Assembly (NCBI GenBank): GCA_963810935.1
Contig: CAWEPK010000016.1
Span: 64,001-128,000 of the forward strand
Source: an uncultured delta proteobacterium
GTDB taxonomy: Bacteria; Desulfobacterota; Syntrophorhabdia; Syntrophorhabdales; WCHB1-27
DNA: 64,000 nt
Direction: 5' to 3'
Shown here: positions 28,605 to 38,691 of the stretch, piece after piece
How positions within the stretch are numbered: the stretch's first letter is position 1
How the letters are laid out: every line of letters begins with the position of its first letter
Made by a program: the position numbers and the translations under genes
The notes under the pieces: model-generated
What the model saw: the letters and a program-made list of their open reading frames with translations, nothing else
What the model was told of the DNA's origin: nothing
Databases searched by the model: none

Positions 28605-29960
28605 TTACTGCAGCCACTCGTTAACGGCAGACAGGTCCTGGTCGGAAAGCGTACCGACCGCCTGCTTCAACCTCAGGTTGTTTATGATATATTCGTATCT
28701 GCTCTGGGCGTAGTCCCTTCTGTAGAGGTACAGGTCTCTGGCCGCGTCGAGCACGGCAAGGCTTGCGTACATCCCGGACCTGTAACCCTGCTCCTTGGCG
28801 CGCAGGAGGATCGTCTGGGCCTCTACCGATTTCTTGATGGCGTTCGCCCTGCTCAGGGCCGTCTTCACGCCGTTGTAAAACGTGTTGATCTGACGGATGG
28901 CGAGCCGTTTCTGCTGTTCCAGGGTCTGGCGCCCCTTCTCGTACCGGTTGGTGGCTTCCCTTGTTTTTGACAGTATTACGAGACCTTCGAAGATAGGAAC
29001 GCTGAGCGTGAGCGTGACGTCCTTCGTATCGACCGTTGCCCCGCCGCCGAAGAGAGATCCGCCCATATCGTTACGGTAGTACCGGCCCACCAGGTCGAGG
29101 CTCGGGTAATAGGCCGATTTCTGACGGGAGATTTCGTCCTTGGCCACATCGACATCGAACCCGACGCTTTTTACCTTCAGGTTGTTTTGCAAGCCGGCGT
29201 CCACCCAGGCCTCCGGGTCATCGGGGTCGGGAGAGACGAGGGGCAGGGCATCTTTCAAGGCGCTCACTGCGACGACGCGGTTGCCCGTGATCTCCATCAC
29301 GGCTTGAAGGGCGTCACGGTAATCGTTCTCGGCCTTTACGAGCTGCGAGTTGACCGACGCAAGGCGCGCCTCTGCATCGTACAAGTCCGTGTTAGGCGCG
29401 AGACCCGAGTTGTAGCGCGCTTTTGCTCTTTCGAAGAATACCTCCACGTCCCTCTTTTCCGCTTGCGCAAATGCTATGTTTTCTTTAGCGGCAAGGGTCG
29501 TCAGGTAGGTTTGGGCCACGCGTATCATGAGGTCCTGTTTGGCCATCTCCAGGTCTACGTCGGCCCGTTTCGAGAGTTTTTTTGCCTGTGATATCTCGAT
29601 GAAGAGGGAATATCTGAAGATGGGCTGTACCAGCTTGGCCGTATACAGCTTGGTGTCGTAATTGGCGACGCCCTGGGCGAAGACGGGGTTCGACGTCTTC
29701 ACGATGTCCTGATAAGTCCTGGTGCCGACGCCCTCCAGGCTTACCCCGGGCATGACCCGCCCGCGAGCCTGCTTTATGCTTTCCTTCAGCGCAAGGCTCT
29801 CGAAGGACGCACCCCTTAGCTGGGGGTCCTTGTCAACGGCCTGCCTGTATATATCTATCAGGTCGTCGCCGTACGCCTTCCCCAACGAAATGGCGAGAAC
29901 GGCTACAAGAATAGGGAAACAAATCCAGAGAGGGAAACGTGAAATGATTGCTTGTCTCAT
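28605..29960 (-). CDS. tolC: TolC-family outer membrane channel (type I secretion)
   Basis: Signal peptide, DLIDIYRQAVDKDPQL N-terminus, two OEP-type repeats (YYPSLDL, LSVPIFEG), C-terminal LKQAVGTLSDQDLSAVNEWL. Confidence 0.93.
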   Translation of the reverse strand: MRQAIISRFPLWICFPILVAVLAISLGKAYGDDLIDIYRQAVDKDPQLRGASFESLALKESIKQARGRVMPGVSLEGVGTRTYQDIVKTSNPVFAQGVANYDTKLYTAKLVQPIFRYSLFIEISQAKKLSKRADVDLEMAKQDLMIRVAQTYLTTLAAKENIAFAQAEKRDVEVFFERAKARYNSGLAPNTDLYDAEARLASVNSQLVKAENDYRDALQAVMEITGNRVVAVSALKDALPLVSPDPDDPEAWVDAGLQNNLKVKSVGFDVDVAKDEISRQKSAYYPSLDLVGRYYRNDMGGSLFGGGATVDTKDVTLTLSVPIFEGLVILSKTREATNRYEKGRQTLEQQKRLAIRQINTFYNGVKTALSRANAIKKSVEAQTILLRAKEQGYRSGMYASLAVLDAARDLYLYRRDYAQSRYEYIINNLRLKQAVGTLSDQDLSAVNEWLQ

Positions 29961-30101
29961 ATACGGGCCTGCCCCTTTCTGCACTCAGCCCACTTTTTAC
30001 AGTCCCGGGCCTTTCGAATGCATCTGTCCTATGTACGTGAAGAATAAACTTCAAGTCGATAAAATGCACCTCTACCACCGCAGCTAAAAACTGTAATGAA
30101 T

Positions 30102-30166
30102 CAAAAAAGCCGGGCCGTAAAATGAGTAAGACTGGCGTCCCTGGCGGGTCTCATTTTAGTCGCCCG
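30102..30166 (-). terminator. Terminator/attenuator-like hairpin plus U-tract in the tolC leader
   Basis: Minus strand CGGGC..TAAAATGAG / CTCATTTTA..GCCCG stem followed by GCTTTTTT. Confidence 0.55.
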
Positions 30167-30190
30167 TTCCCACTTGTCCGTATGCCCAAT

Positions 30191-30219
30191 GTATTACAAA
30201 GAATCTCTAGATATGTCAA
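30191..30219 (-). promoter_or_regulatory. Putative sigma70 promoter for the tolC-giant gene operon
   Basis: TTGACA-17 nt-TAATAC on the minus strand. Confidence 0.45.
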
Positions 30220-30399
30220 GGATTTTCTGTAATTATGTTGCGGATGGGACATTGTTTGTTATGCCCTTTTTGTATCCTTTGTGAACATGTTTAATTACGC
30301 CCGTTTCGGGGTGCTACGGAAATGTGGGACCGAAAGCGATCCCGGCATGCACGACCCGACGAAAGCCGAAGATTACATTGCGTCCAGACGGCCGCGAGT

Positions 30400-30417
30400 A
30401 TGTGCGTTTTCGCACAT
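30400..30417. promoter_or_regulatory. Palindromic putative regulator site (TGT-N10-ACA)
   Basis: ATGTGCG-TTTT-CGCACAT. Confidence 0.35.
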
Positions 30418-30518
30418 GATTTGCCGAGTCCGAACGGGCTGATTTGAATGGAGTCTTTCCGGCGGTTTGAAGAAAGGCTCCACGAGTGAAGCCCGCGAAG
30501 CCTTTCTTCTCATTCTAC

Positions 30519-31163
30519 CTATTTTTTCAGTGATTCATAGTCCTTAAGAAAACGCTCCAGGCCTATATCCGTCAATGGATGCTGCATTAACTGTTTGAGA
30601 ACGTTGAACGGTATCGTTGCTACGTCGGCGCCCATCATTGCTGCGTGGAGGACGTGCAAAGGGTTACGGATGCTTGCTACGATTATCTCGGTATCGATGC
30701 CGTAATTCCCGTATATGGCTATGATCTGCTCGATAACTTCCATGCCGGAGGCGGAGATGTCGTCGAGCCGGCCGACGAACGGGCTGACATAGGACGCCCC
30801 GGCTTTTGCCGCTATAAGCGCCTGCAACGGCTGGAATATAAGCGTCACGTTGGTCCTTATCTTCTCCTGGGACAATACTCTGACGGCTTTTATCCCTTCT
30901 TCCGTCATGGGGATTTTTACTACCACCTGGCTCCCGAGAGAGGCGAGCGTCCTTGCCTCGGCGATCATCCCGTCTGCCTTGGTCGCCAGCACTTCCAGGC
31001 TCACCGGCCCGGACACTAGGGAGAGGACCTCCTTGATTGTCGCGTCGGGGTCCTTCTTTTCCTTGGCCAGGAGGGTCGGGTTCGTCGTGACGCCGTCCAC
31101 CAGTCCCATTTCAAGGCCTTTCCTTATCTCTCCCGCATTGGCCGTGTCTATGAAGAATTTCAT
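30519..31163 (-). CDS. tal: Transaldolase / fructose-6-phosphate aldolase family
   Basis: [38 protein letters not shown] motifs. Confidence 0.95.
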   Translation of the reverse strand: MKFFIDTANAGEIRKGLEMGLVDGVTTNPTLLAKEKKDPDATIKEVLSLVSGPVSLEVLATKADGMIAEARTLASLGSQVVVKIPMTEEGIKAVRVLSQEKIRTNVTLIFQPLQALIAAKAGASYVSPFVGRLDDISASGMEVIEQIIAIYGNYGIDTEIIVASIRNPLHVLHAAMMGADVATIPFNVLKQLMQHPLTDIGLERFLKDYESLKK

Positions 31164-31179
31164 CTCTATCCTCCTGCCT

Positions 31180-31740
31180 TCAGTTGTATTGATCGGAAGT
31201 TTTCCGTTTTTCCTGCCGGTGTTCGTCGAAGGATGCTATCTCTTCGGGTGAGACTTTACGGAAGAGCTCGATGGTCTGTTCCGGGCCGATGCGATCAAGC
31301 CATTCGGAGAGAGGCCGTCCGAAAACGGGGTGGACAAGGCCCGGCTCTATCTCCAGGCACGGGACGATGGTGAACCTTCTCTCGTGCACCCTTGGATGGG
31401 GTATCGTGAGCCCCGGCTCGTCCATTGTCATATCTCCGAAAAAAAGTATGTCGAGATCTAGGGTGCGCGGTCCGAGCCGGACCGTCCTACTTCTGTTCCT
31501 TTCATCCTCGACCGCCTGGAGAAAGGCGAGAAGCTCGCGGGGCGAGCCCTGCCATTCGACTTTGAGCGCGCAGTTGAGATAATCGTCCTGGCTTACGGGC
31601 GAGACGGGCGCGGTGCGATAAAAAGATGAGAGGGCGACGAGCGCCGCCCTCTCATTCCGGATTATCCGTTTCAGCCCCGAAAGAAGGTTTTCCAAGGGGT
31701 CGATATTAGAGCCTGCACCTATGAACGCGACCCCCGCCAT
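31180..31740 (-). CDS. folK: 2-amino-4-hydroxy-6-hydroxymethyldihydropteridine diphosphokinase
   Basis: [34 protein letters not shown]. Confidence 0.95.
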   Translation of the reverse strand: MAGVAFIGAGSNIDPLENLLSGLKRIIRNERAALVALSSFYRTAPVSPVSQDDYLNCALKVEWQGSPRELLAFLQAVEDERNRSRTVRLGPRTLDLDILFFGDMTMDEPGLTIPHPRVHERRFTIVPCLEIEPGLVHPVFGRPLSEWLDRIGPEQTIELFRKVSPEEIASFDEHRQEKRKTSDQYN

Positions 31741-31744
31741 GTCT

Positions 31745-31936
31745 TCAGGATGTCTTAGGCTTCTCCTGGTCGCCCTTTGGCGTCACGTCTATTTCGCCGG
31801 GCTCCTTGATCGACTTCTTGAAGCTATTTATCCCCTTACCGATTGCGCCGCCGATCTCAGGGAGCTTACCGGCGCCGAAAATGATCAGCACAATGACCAT
31901 GATCACGATCAACTCAGGGAAACCGAGTCCGAACAT
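31745..31936 (-). CDS. tatA: Twin-arginine translocase TatA/TatE subunit
   Basis: [37 protein letters not shown] before ATG 31936. Confidence 0.93.
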   Translation of the reverse strand: MFGLGFPELIVIMVIVLIIFGAGKLPEIGGAIGKGINSFKKSIKEPGEIDVTPKGDQEKPKTS

Positions 31937-32067
31937 GTGTTCCCTCCTTGTGATGCTTACATACAGGCGAGCCTCCGTGCCGAACAAGTTTTTTGCCGGC
32001 CCGAGTCTTTCCCAACTGCTAGTATAACATGAAATACCGCCCTCTTCAATCGGCGGTTGATGTAAGG

Positions 32068-32286
32068 TCAGCGCGTCTGTTTTCCCGTTTTTTCCTGCTG
32101 TCTGGGTATTTTCTTGCTGCACGGGTGGTTCTTATGAACGAGCACCTTCTTGCGCTTGCAGAAAAGGGCGGCGAAGGTCCTGCAGCTCCCCGCACCGTCG
32201 ATGCCCGACATCTTCGGCATTTCGGCGTAGTCACAGGTGAGGTCGCAAAAATCGAAAAGGGTTTTTCCCGCTTTGCCGGTTGCCAT
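32068..32286 (-). CDS. Small Cys-rich hypothetical protein
   Basis: [11 protein letters not shown]...[12 protein letters not shown]...KNHPC; co-oriented with tatA-folK-tal; start uncertain. Confidence 0.6.
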   Translation of the reverse strand: MATGKAGKTLFDFCDLTCDYAEMPKMSGIDGAGSCRTFAALFCKRKKVLVHKNHPCSKKIPRQQEKTGKQTR

Positions 32287-32300
32287 TCCTTTCAACTTGT

Positions 32301-32458
32301 GGTCTCCCTGCAGCTTGCTGCAGGGAGACCTTTTTCCGCTTCGCTCCGTGACAATTATTGGGGTTCAGTACCCCCTCGCCGGGCAAAGCCCGGCGAGCCT
32401 CCGCGCTCGGCGCGGCGCTACGCTTGCTTTAATACCCTGCTGCTTGCAGCAGGGTATT
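32301..32458. repeat. Hairpin-bounded non-coding repeat (MITE/REP/PATE-like), copy A
   Basis: Perfect hairpins GGTCTCCCTGCAGC-TT-GCTGCAGGGAGACC (32301-32330) and AATACCCTGCTGC-TT-GCAGCAGGGTATT (32431-32458); inverted homolog at 37134-37240. Confidence 0.75.
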
Positions 32459-32554
32459 TGCTTGGAATCTATCACAAAGCAGTTGAGAGGGCTACAAAAA
32501 AATGGTAACGTGTGGAGGTTTTTCAGCGAGGGCTACAGGCAAGGCCGGCAATCT

Positions 32555-34126
32555 ATGGCGAACAAAAAGACGGTCGAAGAAGCGCTCAGACAGGCGGAGG
32601 AGAAGTACCGTAATATATATGAGAACGCTATCGAAGGCATCTTCCAGACGTCGCCGGAAGGACGTTTTATAAGCGCGAACCCCGCCCTGGCCCGTATACT
32701 CGGCTACGATTCCCCGGAAGAGTTGATGGAAGGGGTGAGAGACGTAGCGAAGCAGGTTTATATCAGAGAGGGCCAAAGGCAGGAGTACGTGCGCCTCATG
32801 GAGGCCGAAGGGCTCGCCCGCAACTTCGAGGCAGAAGTCTGTTGCAGGGACGGGAGCGTCCGGTGGGTCTCGCTGAACGCCAGGGCCGTGCACAATGCAG
32901 AGGGCAGCGTACTTTACTACGAAGGCACGATGGAAAGCATCACCGAGCGTAAGAAGCTGGAGGCACAGCTTCTGCACGCCGAGAGGATGCAGAGCGTCGG
33001 CAACCTCGCCGGCGGGGTGGCGCACGACTTCAACAACATACTAACGACCGTCATGGGATATTGCAGCCTTATTTTGATGAAGGCAGGTCCCGATAACCAG
33101 CTTGCGGGCTACGTCAACCAGATCATGGAGGCGGCGGAAAGGGCGAGCGCCCTCACACAGAACCTCCTCGCCTTCAGCCGCAGGCAGCCTATAGAGACAA
33201 AGGCGGTCGACGTCAACGAATCGATGAAGGTCGTCGGAAAGCTCCTGCGAAGGATCATCGGCGAAGACATAGAGCTGAGGACTTCCCTTTCGAAAGAGAA
33301 GCTGACCGTCCTGATCGGCGAGGGTCAGATAGGGCAGATATTGATGAACCTCGCGACGAACGCGAGGGACGCCATGCCGGCAGGCGGCATCCTCAGTATA
33401 AAGACCGAGAAAGTACACCTGGGCGGCGGCGTCGCGAAGGCGTACGACGGCATGGAAGGCGCCTGCGCCTGCATTGAGGTCTCCGATACCGGGAGCGGCA
33501 TGAACGAGAGCGTCAAGGACCAGATATTCGATCCCTTCTTTACGACGAAAGAGGTGGGGAAGGGTACCGGGCTCGGCCTGTCCATCGTCTATGGGATCGT
33601 CAGCCAGAACAAGGGCCGGGTCGATGTCGAAAGCCGGCCGGGCAGCGGCACGACATTCACCATATACCTTCCCCTGACCGAGCCTGCCTCTTCGTCGCTA
33701 ACCCCCGAGGGGAAGGAGGAGCTGCGGGGCGGCAACGAGGTCATACTGGTTGCCGAGGACAATAAGGACGTGAGGCAGATCGTAACCACCGTGTTGCACG
33801 ACTTCGGTTATGTGGTGATAGAAGCCGCCGACGGCGTCGAGGCGGTCGAAAAGTTCAAAGAACAGAAAGAGGCGGTGGACCTGCTGCTCTTCGACATCAT
33901 CATGCCGAGGAAGAACGGCAAAGACGCTTATCTGGAGTTGAAGGAGATAAGGCCCGACATAAGGGCTATCTTTATGAGCGGATACACGGGCGACATCCTG
34001 TCGAGAAAGGGGATCGGAAGGGAAGGGGTCCCGGTTATCTCGAAGCCCGTAGTCATCGAGAAGCTCCTGAGGCAGATCCGCGATATCCTCGACACGAAAC
34101 CCGCCCAGTTGACGCTATTTCCGTAA
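32555..34126 (+). CDS. Cytoplasmic hybrid sensor kinase (PAS-HisKA-HATPase-REC)
   Basis: PAS (IYENAIEGIFQTSPEGRFISANPALA), H-box GVAHDFNNIL, N-box NARDAM, PFFTTKEVGKGTGLGL, receiver DLLLFDIIMP. Start set at ATG 32555 because the upstream ORF extension crosses the repeat. Confidence 0.92.
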   Translation: MANKKTVEEALRQAEEKYRNIYENAIEGIFQTSPEGRFISANPALARILGYDSPEELMEGVRDVAKQVYIREGQRQEYVRLMEAEGLARNFEAEVCCRDGSVRWVSLNARAVHNAEGSVLYYEGTMESITERKKLEAQLLHAERMQSVGNLAGGVAHDFNNILTTVMGYCSLILMKAGPDNQLAGYVNQIMEAAERASALTQNLLAFSRRQPIETKAVDVNESMKVVGKLLRRIIGEDIELRTSLSKEKLTVLIGEGQIGQILMNLATNARDAMPAGGILSIKTEKVHLGGGVAKAYDGMEGACACIEVSDTGSGMNESVKDQIFDPFFTTKEVGKGTGLGLSIVYGIVSQNKGRVDVESRPGSGTTFTIYLPLTEPASSSLTPEGKEELRGGNEVILVAEDNKDVRQIVTTVLHDFGYVVIEAADGVEAVEKFKEQKEAVDLLLFDIIMPRKNGKDAYLELKEIRPDIRAIFMSGYTGDILSRKGIGREGVPVISKPVVIEKLLRQIRDILDTKPAQLTLFP

Positions 34127-34140
34127 TTAAGTATTCTGCT

Positions 34141-35142
34141 TTACGGGACCAGGACTGCCGCGCCCTGTATGTTGCCGTCGCGCAGGGCGCTCAGCGCCTC
34201 ATTAGCCGCCTCCAGCGGGAATGGGTGCACCTCCGTCCTCACAGGCACCTCCGGCGCCATTGCCAGGAACTCCTCGCCGTCCTGCCTGGTCAAATTCGCC
34301 ACCGAGCGTACCACCCTCTCCTCCCAGAGCAGATGGTAGGGGAATGATGGGATATCGGACATATGGATGCCCGCGCAGACCACCGTACCGCCCCTTGCAG
34401 TGCTTTTAAGCGCCTCGACTACGAGCGGACCGACGGGTGCGAAGATAATGGCTGCATCGAGGGGCACGGGCGGCCTCGACGTCGAATCGCCGGTCCAGAC
34501 AGCGCCCAGGCTCTCCGCGAAGGACCGGGCTTGCGCATCGCCGGGCTTCGTGAAGGCGTAGATTTCTTTGCCCTGGTGGGCGGCAACCTGGGCTATGATG
34601 TGGGCGGCCGCGCCGAACCCGTAAATGCCGAGCTTTGCGATGTCTTTGCCCATCATCCGATACGATCTGTAGCCTATGAGTCCGGCGCATAAAAGCGGCG
34701 CTGCTTCGGTATCGCCGTAAATGGCGGGCAGATGGAAGCAATACCGGTGGTCGGCGACTGTGTACTCGGCATAGCCGCCGTCGATGGTGTAGCCCGTGAA
34801 AAGGGCATTGTCGCACAGGTTTTCATGGCCTGCCCGGCACGGAGGACAATGGCCGCAGGTGAACCCGAGCCACGGGATGCCGATCCGGTCGCCCGTCCGG
34901 AAACCGGAGGCCTTATCGCCCGTTTTGACCACCGTGCCGACGATCTCATGCCCCGGTATTAAAGGAAGCTTGGGGTGGGTAAGCTCACCGTCCACAACAT
35001 GGAGGTCGGTCCTGCAGACGCCGCACGCACGGACCTGCACGAGCACCTGCCCGGGCCCCGGCGCAGGGATTGGGACGTTTCTTGCGGCGAGCGGCCCGCC
35101 CGCCTCTTCGAGCACCATGGCCCGCATTGTTTCGGTCTCCAT
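34141..35142 (-). CDS. Zinc-dependent alcohol dehydrogenase family protein
   Basis: CGVCRTDLH, GHEIVG, CGHCPPC...NLC, GIYGFGAAAH. Confidence 0.93.
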   Translation of the reverse strand: METETMRAMVLEEAGGPLAARNVPIPAPGPGQVLVQVRACGVCRTDLHVVDGELTHPKLPLIPGHEIVGTVVKTGDKASGFRTGDRIGIPWLGFTCGHCPPCRAGHENLCDNALFTGYTIDGGYAEYTVADHRYCFHLPAIYGDTEAAPLLCAGLIGYRSYRMMGKDIAKLGIYGFGAAAHIIAQVAAHQGKEIYAFTKPGDAQARSFAESLGAVWTGDSTSRPPVPLDAAIIFAPVGPLVVEALKSTARGGTVVCAGIHMSDIPSFPYHLLWEERVVRSVANLTRQDGEEFLAMAPEVPVRTEVHPFPLEAANEALSALRDGNIQGAAVLVP

Positions 35143-35288
35143 GCCTCTCAACTTCCCTTTTGCTACATTTTAAACCGTTTTTGAGGGGTGGACAAGGGCC
35201 GGGGCCGAAGGTGCTCGATCTTTATGATGATAGAAATAAGGCCGGACGCGGATAGCTGCGCCACCCGCGCCCGGCCCGTTGCCCGATA

Positions 35289-36926
35289 TTACTCCGTCTT
35301 GAAGCTTTCGACCGCCTTTTGCAGGTTCGCGGCGAGCACGGAAAGCCCTTTGGCCGCCCCCGAGATATCCTCGGCGGAAGCAAAGTTGTCTTTTGTAATG
35401 CCCGAGATCTGGTTCATGTCCCTAGTTATCTCTTCGGTTGTCGCATACATTTCTTCAATGGCTGTCGCTATCTGGTGCACGTCACTGTAAAGGTTGTCGA
35501 TGCTGGTGATGATATGCTCCAGTGCGGATTGCGCGTGCGATGAATATTCGACTCCCGTCACCACGTTTTCCTTTGCCATGTCCATGGAGCCGACCGTCTT
35601 TTCAACGCCCACCCTGATGGTGGTTATCATATCGCCTATCTCTTTCGTAGAAGCCGAGGTTCTCTCTGCCAGCTTTTTCACCTCGTCCGCCACTACTGCA
35701 AACCCACGCCCGTGCTCTCCGGCGCGGGCCGCCTCTATGGCTGCGTTGAGGGCGAGGAGGTTTGTCTGGTCGGCTATCTCGTTGATCGTCGTCACGATGT
35801 TTCCGATCCGCTCGGACTGTATGCCGAGGTCTTTCACGAAGCCCAGGGCCGTCTCTACAGTCTGGGCAATCACCTTCACCTCACTGATCGCCTTGTCGAC
35901 GACCTCGCGGCCGCCTTTTGCGATCTTGACGGCCTCGCCGGCCGACTGCTCCACCTTGCTGGAATTCTTGGCTATGTCGTCGGAGGTCTGGTTCATCTGC
36001 GTCGAGCCCGCCGCAACCTGGGACGCCCTTTCCACCTGCTCCATGGCATTCTTTGATAGCTTATCCGCCGAAACGCTGAGCTGGGTGCTTGCCGATGCGA
36101 CGTTGGTCGCCGAGAACGTCACTTCTTTGAGAGTCCGGCCTAGATTGGCGTTCATTTCCTGCATGGACCGCGCGAAGATGCCCATCTCATCCTTCCGTTT
36201 AATCGCGTGCTCCGAAACATGTATGGAGAAATCGCCCTTTGCCATCAGGTCTATATGATTGGACGAGCGGAGAATAGGCATCGTGATGCTGTGGGTGATG
36301 GCCTTGGAAAGCCATGCCCCTACGAGGATAGTCAGGAGGCCGAGGACCAGGAAGATCACGCGTGCGGACGAGACGCTTTTCGTTATGCCGGAAAGCTCCC
36401 GGGAGATTACCCCGGCACGGTTCTCCACGATCCGGTCGGCCGTACCCATGTAACTTTCGATTGTCTTTACGGTATCGCCGTATTTGGCCGTTGCTTCGGC
36501 AGTCTGGCCGGACATGGCGAGCTCGATCAGGGCGTTGTTCGCTTCTTTGCCTTTTTGGACATCTTCCCTGAATTTCGTTATCAACTGCCTGCCGGCCTCG
36601 TCGGTCATCGATTTTTCGAGGTATGCCATGTTGGCTATGTAGCCGGCCCTGAGCGCCTCTATCCGTTCCTTCGCTTCTTCCCTGGCGGCGAGGTCCGGGC
36701 TCGTGGTTATGCGCCCTAACTGGAACGTAATATCGGAGAGTGCGGTCCTCATCTCCGTCGCGTTACGGAGGCCGGGGTTTCCCACCTTATCGAGCTGCCT
36801 GACGTCCCCGTTGATACCGGAGACACAGAGCATGCCTATGACGACCATGCCGGCCGCCAGCGCAAGTGTTATGCCGAACGCGATTCCCAGTCTCTGCCCT
36901 ATTTTGGCGTCCGTAAAGAGTCTCAT
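35289..36926 (-). CDS. Methyl-accepting chemotaxis protein (4HB sensor, HAMP)
   Basis: Two TM helices; [38 protein letters not shown]. Confidence 0.95.
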   Translation of the reverse strand: MRLFTDAKIGQRLGIAFGITLALAAGMVVIGMLCVSGINGDVRQLDKVGNPGLRNATEMRTALSDITFQLGRITTSPDLAAREEAKERIEALRAGYIANMAYLEKSMTDEAGRQLITKFREDVQKGKEANNALIELAMSGQTAEATAKYGDTVKTIESYMGTADRIVENRAGVISRELSGITKSVSSARVIFLVLGLLTILVGAWLSKAITHSITMPILRSSNHIDLMAKGDFSIHVSEHAIKRKDEMGIFARSMQEMNANLGRTLKEVTFSATNVASASTQLSVSADKLSKNAMEQVERASQVAAGSTQMNQTSDDIAKNSSKVEQSAGEAVKIAKGGREVVDKAISEVKVIAQTVETALGFVKDLGIQSERIGNIVTTINEIADQTNLLALNAAIEAARAGEHGRGFAVVADEVKKLAERTSASTKEIGDMITTIRVGVEKTVGSMDMAKENVVTGVEYSSHAQSALEHIITSIDNLYSDVHQIATAIEEMYATTEEITRDMNQISGITKDNFASAEDISGAAKGLSVLAANLQKAVESFKTE

Positions 36927-37133
36927 CCGTGGAGCCCCCTTCAAATAATAGTATTTTCAGCCCCGCCGCCGGTGTCGCTTCTGGCGGTCACATTGTACAC
37001 AATGGAGGCGGTCTGGAAGTTTATCGTCTCTTCGGCAGATTCTATTAAGATGGTTAACGGTTTTTTAACAAAAGGCCGGCCGAAAAAAACGCGACCGGGC
37101 TGCGCGTGCCCGGAAGTGCTATTTTTTTAATAG

Positions 37134-37240
37134 ATGACCCGGCTGCAAGCAGCAGGGTCATAAAGCGAGCGTATGCGAAGGCCGAACCGGGAGGCTCCAC
37201 GGGCTTTGCTCGTGGAGGGGGCGCTGAGCCCCGATAATTT
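37134..37240. repeat. Hairpin repeat copy B (inverted relative to copy A, truncated at the IS)
   Basis: atgacccggctgc-aa-gcagcagggtcat...gggctttgctcgtggagggggcgctgagccccgataat aligns by eye with the reverse complement of 32350-32458. Confidence 0.7.
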
Positions 37241-37247
37241 CATTCTG

Positions 37248-37892
37248 GTAAACCCCCGGCTCTGCCGGGGGAATCCCGGAGTTTGACAATTCCGGGAATA
37301 TATAGGAAAGCCTCCTGTATCCGTGAACCGTTTAGGCGGTCGGCAGAGTTAAGGAGGCTTTCGGTGGAAGATATTCAGAGCTTATGTCATACGGTATGGG
37401 ATTGCAAGTATCATGTGGTGTGGATTCCGAAGTACCGGAAAAAGGTACTATACGGGAATCTCAGGAAGGAGCTAGGGCCCATCATCAAGGAGGCTGGCGC
37501 GGCAGAAGGAGAGCGAGGTGTTGGAGGGGAAACTGGTAGTGGACCACGTCCACGTGTTGCTCTCGGTTCCCCCAAAGTATGCCGTTGCCCAGGTGGTAGG
37601 CTTTATCAAAGGGAAGAGCGCGATCTACATAGCCCGGATGAGCGGCAGGAGACGCAACTTCGTAGGTCAGAGCTTTTGGGCCAGAGGTTATTGCGTATCG
37701 ACCATAGGGTTGGACGAGCAAGCCATACGAGCGTACATCCAAGCCCAGGAAGAGACAGATCGAAGGCTCGACCAGATGAAACTGTTTGAGAAGGACAAAT
37801 AGCTGCCTTTAGGCAGCTAACGCACAACTAACCGCTTTGAGCGGTTCACGGTTTTAACAAACCCCCGGCTTTGCCGGGGGTAGATGATTGAC
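37248..37892 (+). mobile_element. IS200/IS605-family insertion sequence (tnpA only)
   Basis: Subterminal hairpins CCCCCGGC-TCT-GCCGGGGG (37253-37271) and CCCCCGGC-TTT-GCCGGGGG (37862-37880) flank tnpA; exact ends not determinable. Confidence 0.85.
37364..37802 (+). pseudogene. tnpA: IS200-family HUH transposase with a +1 frameshift at ~37492
   Basis: SLCHTVWDCKYHVVWIPKYRKK in one frame, then ELARQKESEV...DHVHVLL...FIKGKS...FWARGY...YIQAQ in another; RBS AAGGAGG before GTG 37364. Confidence 0.88.
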
Positions 37893-37971
37893 AATGAAGC
37901 CGCCGGGCATTAGATAGAAAACGGAGCAGGCTGCATTAACGGAGAAGAAAATGAAGGAGCGGAAGGGGGCA

Positions 37972-38691
37972 ATGGTCTCTGGGCAAGTAACACGAAGACA
38001 TTTTCTGGCGACCTCAGGCACGCTCGCCGCAGTCTTTACCGCTGCCGGGGCGACCGGGCTGCTTTTACGGAGGGAGGCGGCCGGCGAGGAAAAACAGGCG
38101 GATATATCACCCGTGGAAGACCTGATGCGCGAGCACGGGGTATTGAGACGGCTCCTCTTTGTATACGAGAACTGGGTTTTCAGGCTCGCCCGGACGGGGG
38201 AAGACAAAATGGGCACCCTCTTCGAAGCGGCCAACCTTATCCGGTCTTTCGTCGAGGAATACCATGAAAAGCTTGAGGAGGACTACATATTCCCCGTCAT
38301 GAAGAAGGCGGGGAATATGGCGAGCCTGGTGGATGTCCTGCTCGCACAGCACCAGGCGGGAAGGCGCCTTACGGAAAACGTCCTCCGGTTCGCCGGTAGA
38401 AGCTCGGTCAAGGACCTCAGCGGCCGGCGCAGCCTATCGAACAACCTGCTAGAGTTCATCCGCATGTACCGCCCCCACGCTGCACGCGAAGACACCGTGC
38501 TCTTTTCCGCCTTCCGTGGGGCGGTCGAAGAGGGCGAGTATGAAAGGCTCGGCGACCTGTTCGAAAAGAAAGAGGACAGCCTTTTCGGGGAAAAGGGGTT
38601 CGAGCGGGTGGTCGGCCGGGTCGCCTCCATAGAAAAGATGCTCGGCATCTACGACCTCGCCCAGTTCACGCCGCGCAATTACTGGGGCTAG
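37972..38691 (+). CDS. Hemerythrin/HHE cation-binding domain protein with Tat signal
   Basis: TRRHFL twin-arginine motif; EH...HEKLEE...QH...HAARED metal ligands. Confidence 0.85.
   Translation: MVSGQVTRRHFLATSGTLAAVFTAAGATGLLLRREAAGEEKQADISPVEDLMREHGVLRRLLFVYENWVFRLARTGEDKMGTLFEAANLIRSFVEEYHEKLEEDYIFPVMKKAGNMASLVDVLLAQHQAGRRLTENVLRFAGRSSVKDLSGRRSLSNNLLEFIRMYRPHAAREDTVLFSAFRGAVEEGEYERLGDLFEKKEDSLFGEKGFERVVGRVASIEKMLGIYDLAQFTPRNYWG

Noticed and set aside
30133..30150. tRNA 3'-end-like sequence (CCCGCCAGGGACGCCA, minus strand) as an att site
   Set aside because: No T-loop (GTTCGA), no integrase and no second copy in the window; better explained as part of the leader hairpin.
30318..30372. c-di-GMP riboswitch upstream of the adhesin operon
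   Set aside because: GAAA loops are present but on the opposite strand, and the GGCAAA/CGCAAAGC core is missing.
32237..32554. N-terminal extension of the kinase ORF
   Set aside because: Reads through the hairpin repeat, overlaps an opposite-strand gene, and has no domain character.
37802..37890. tnpB/omega-RNA associated with the IS
   Set aside because: The right-end hairpin follows tnpA within ~60 nt, leaving no room for tnpB.
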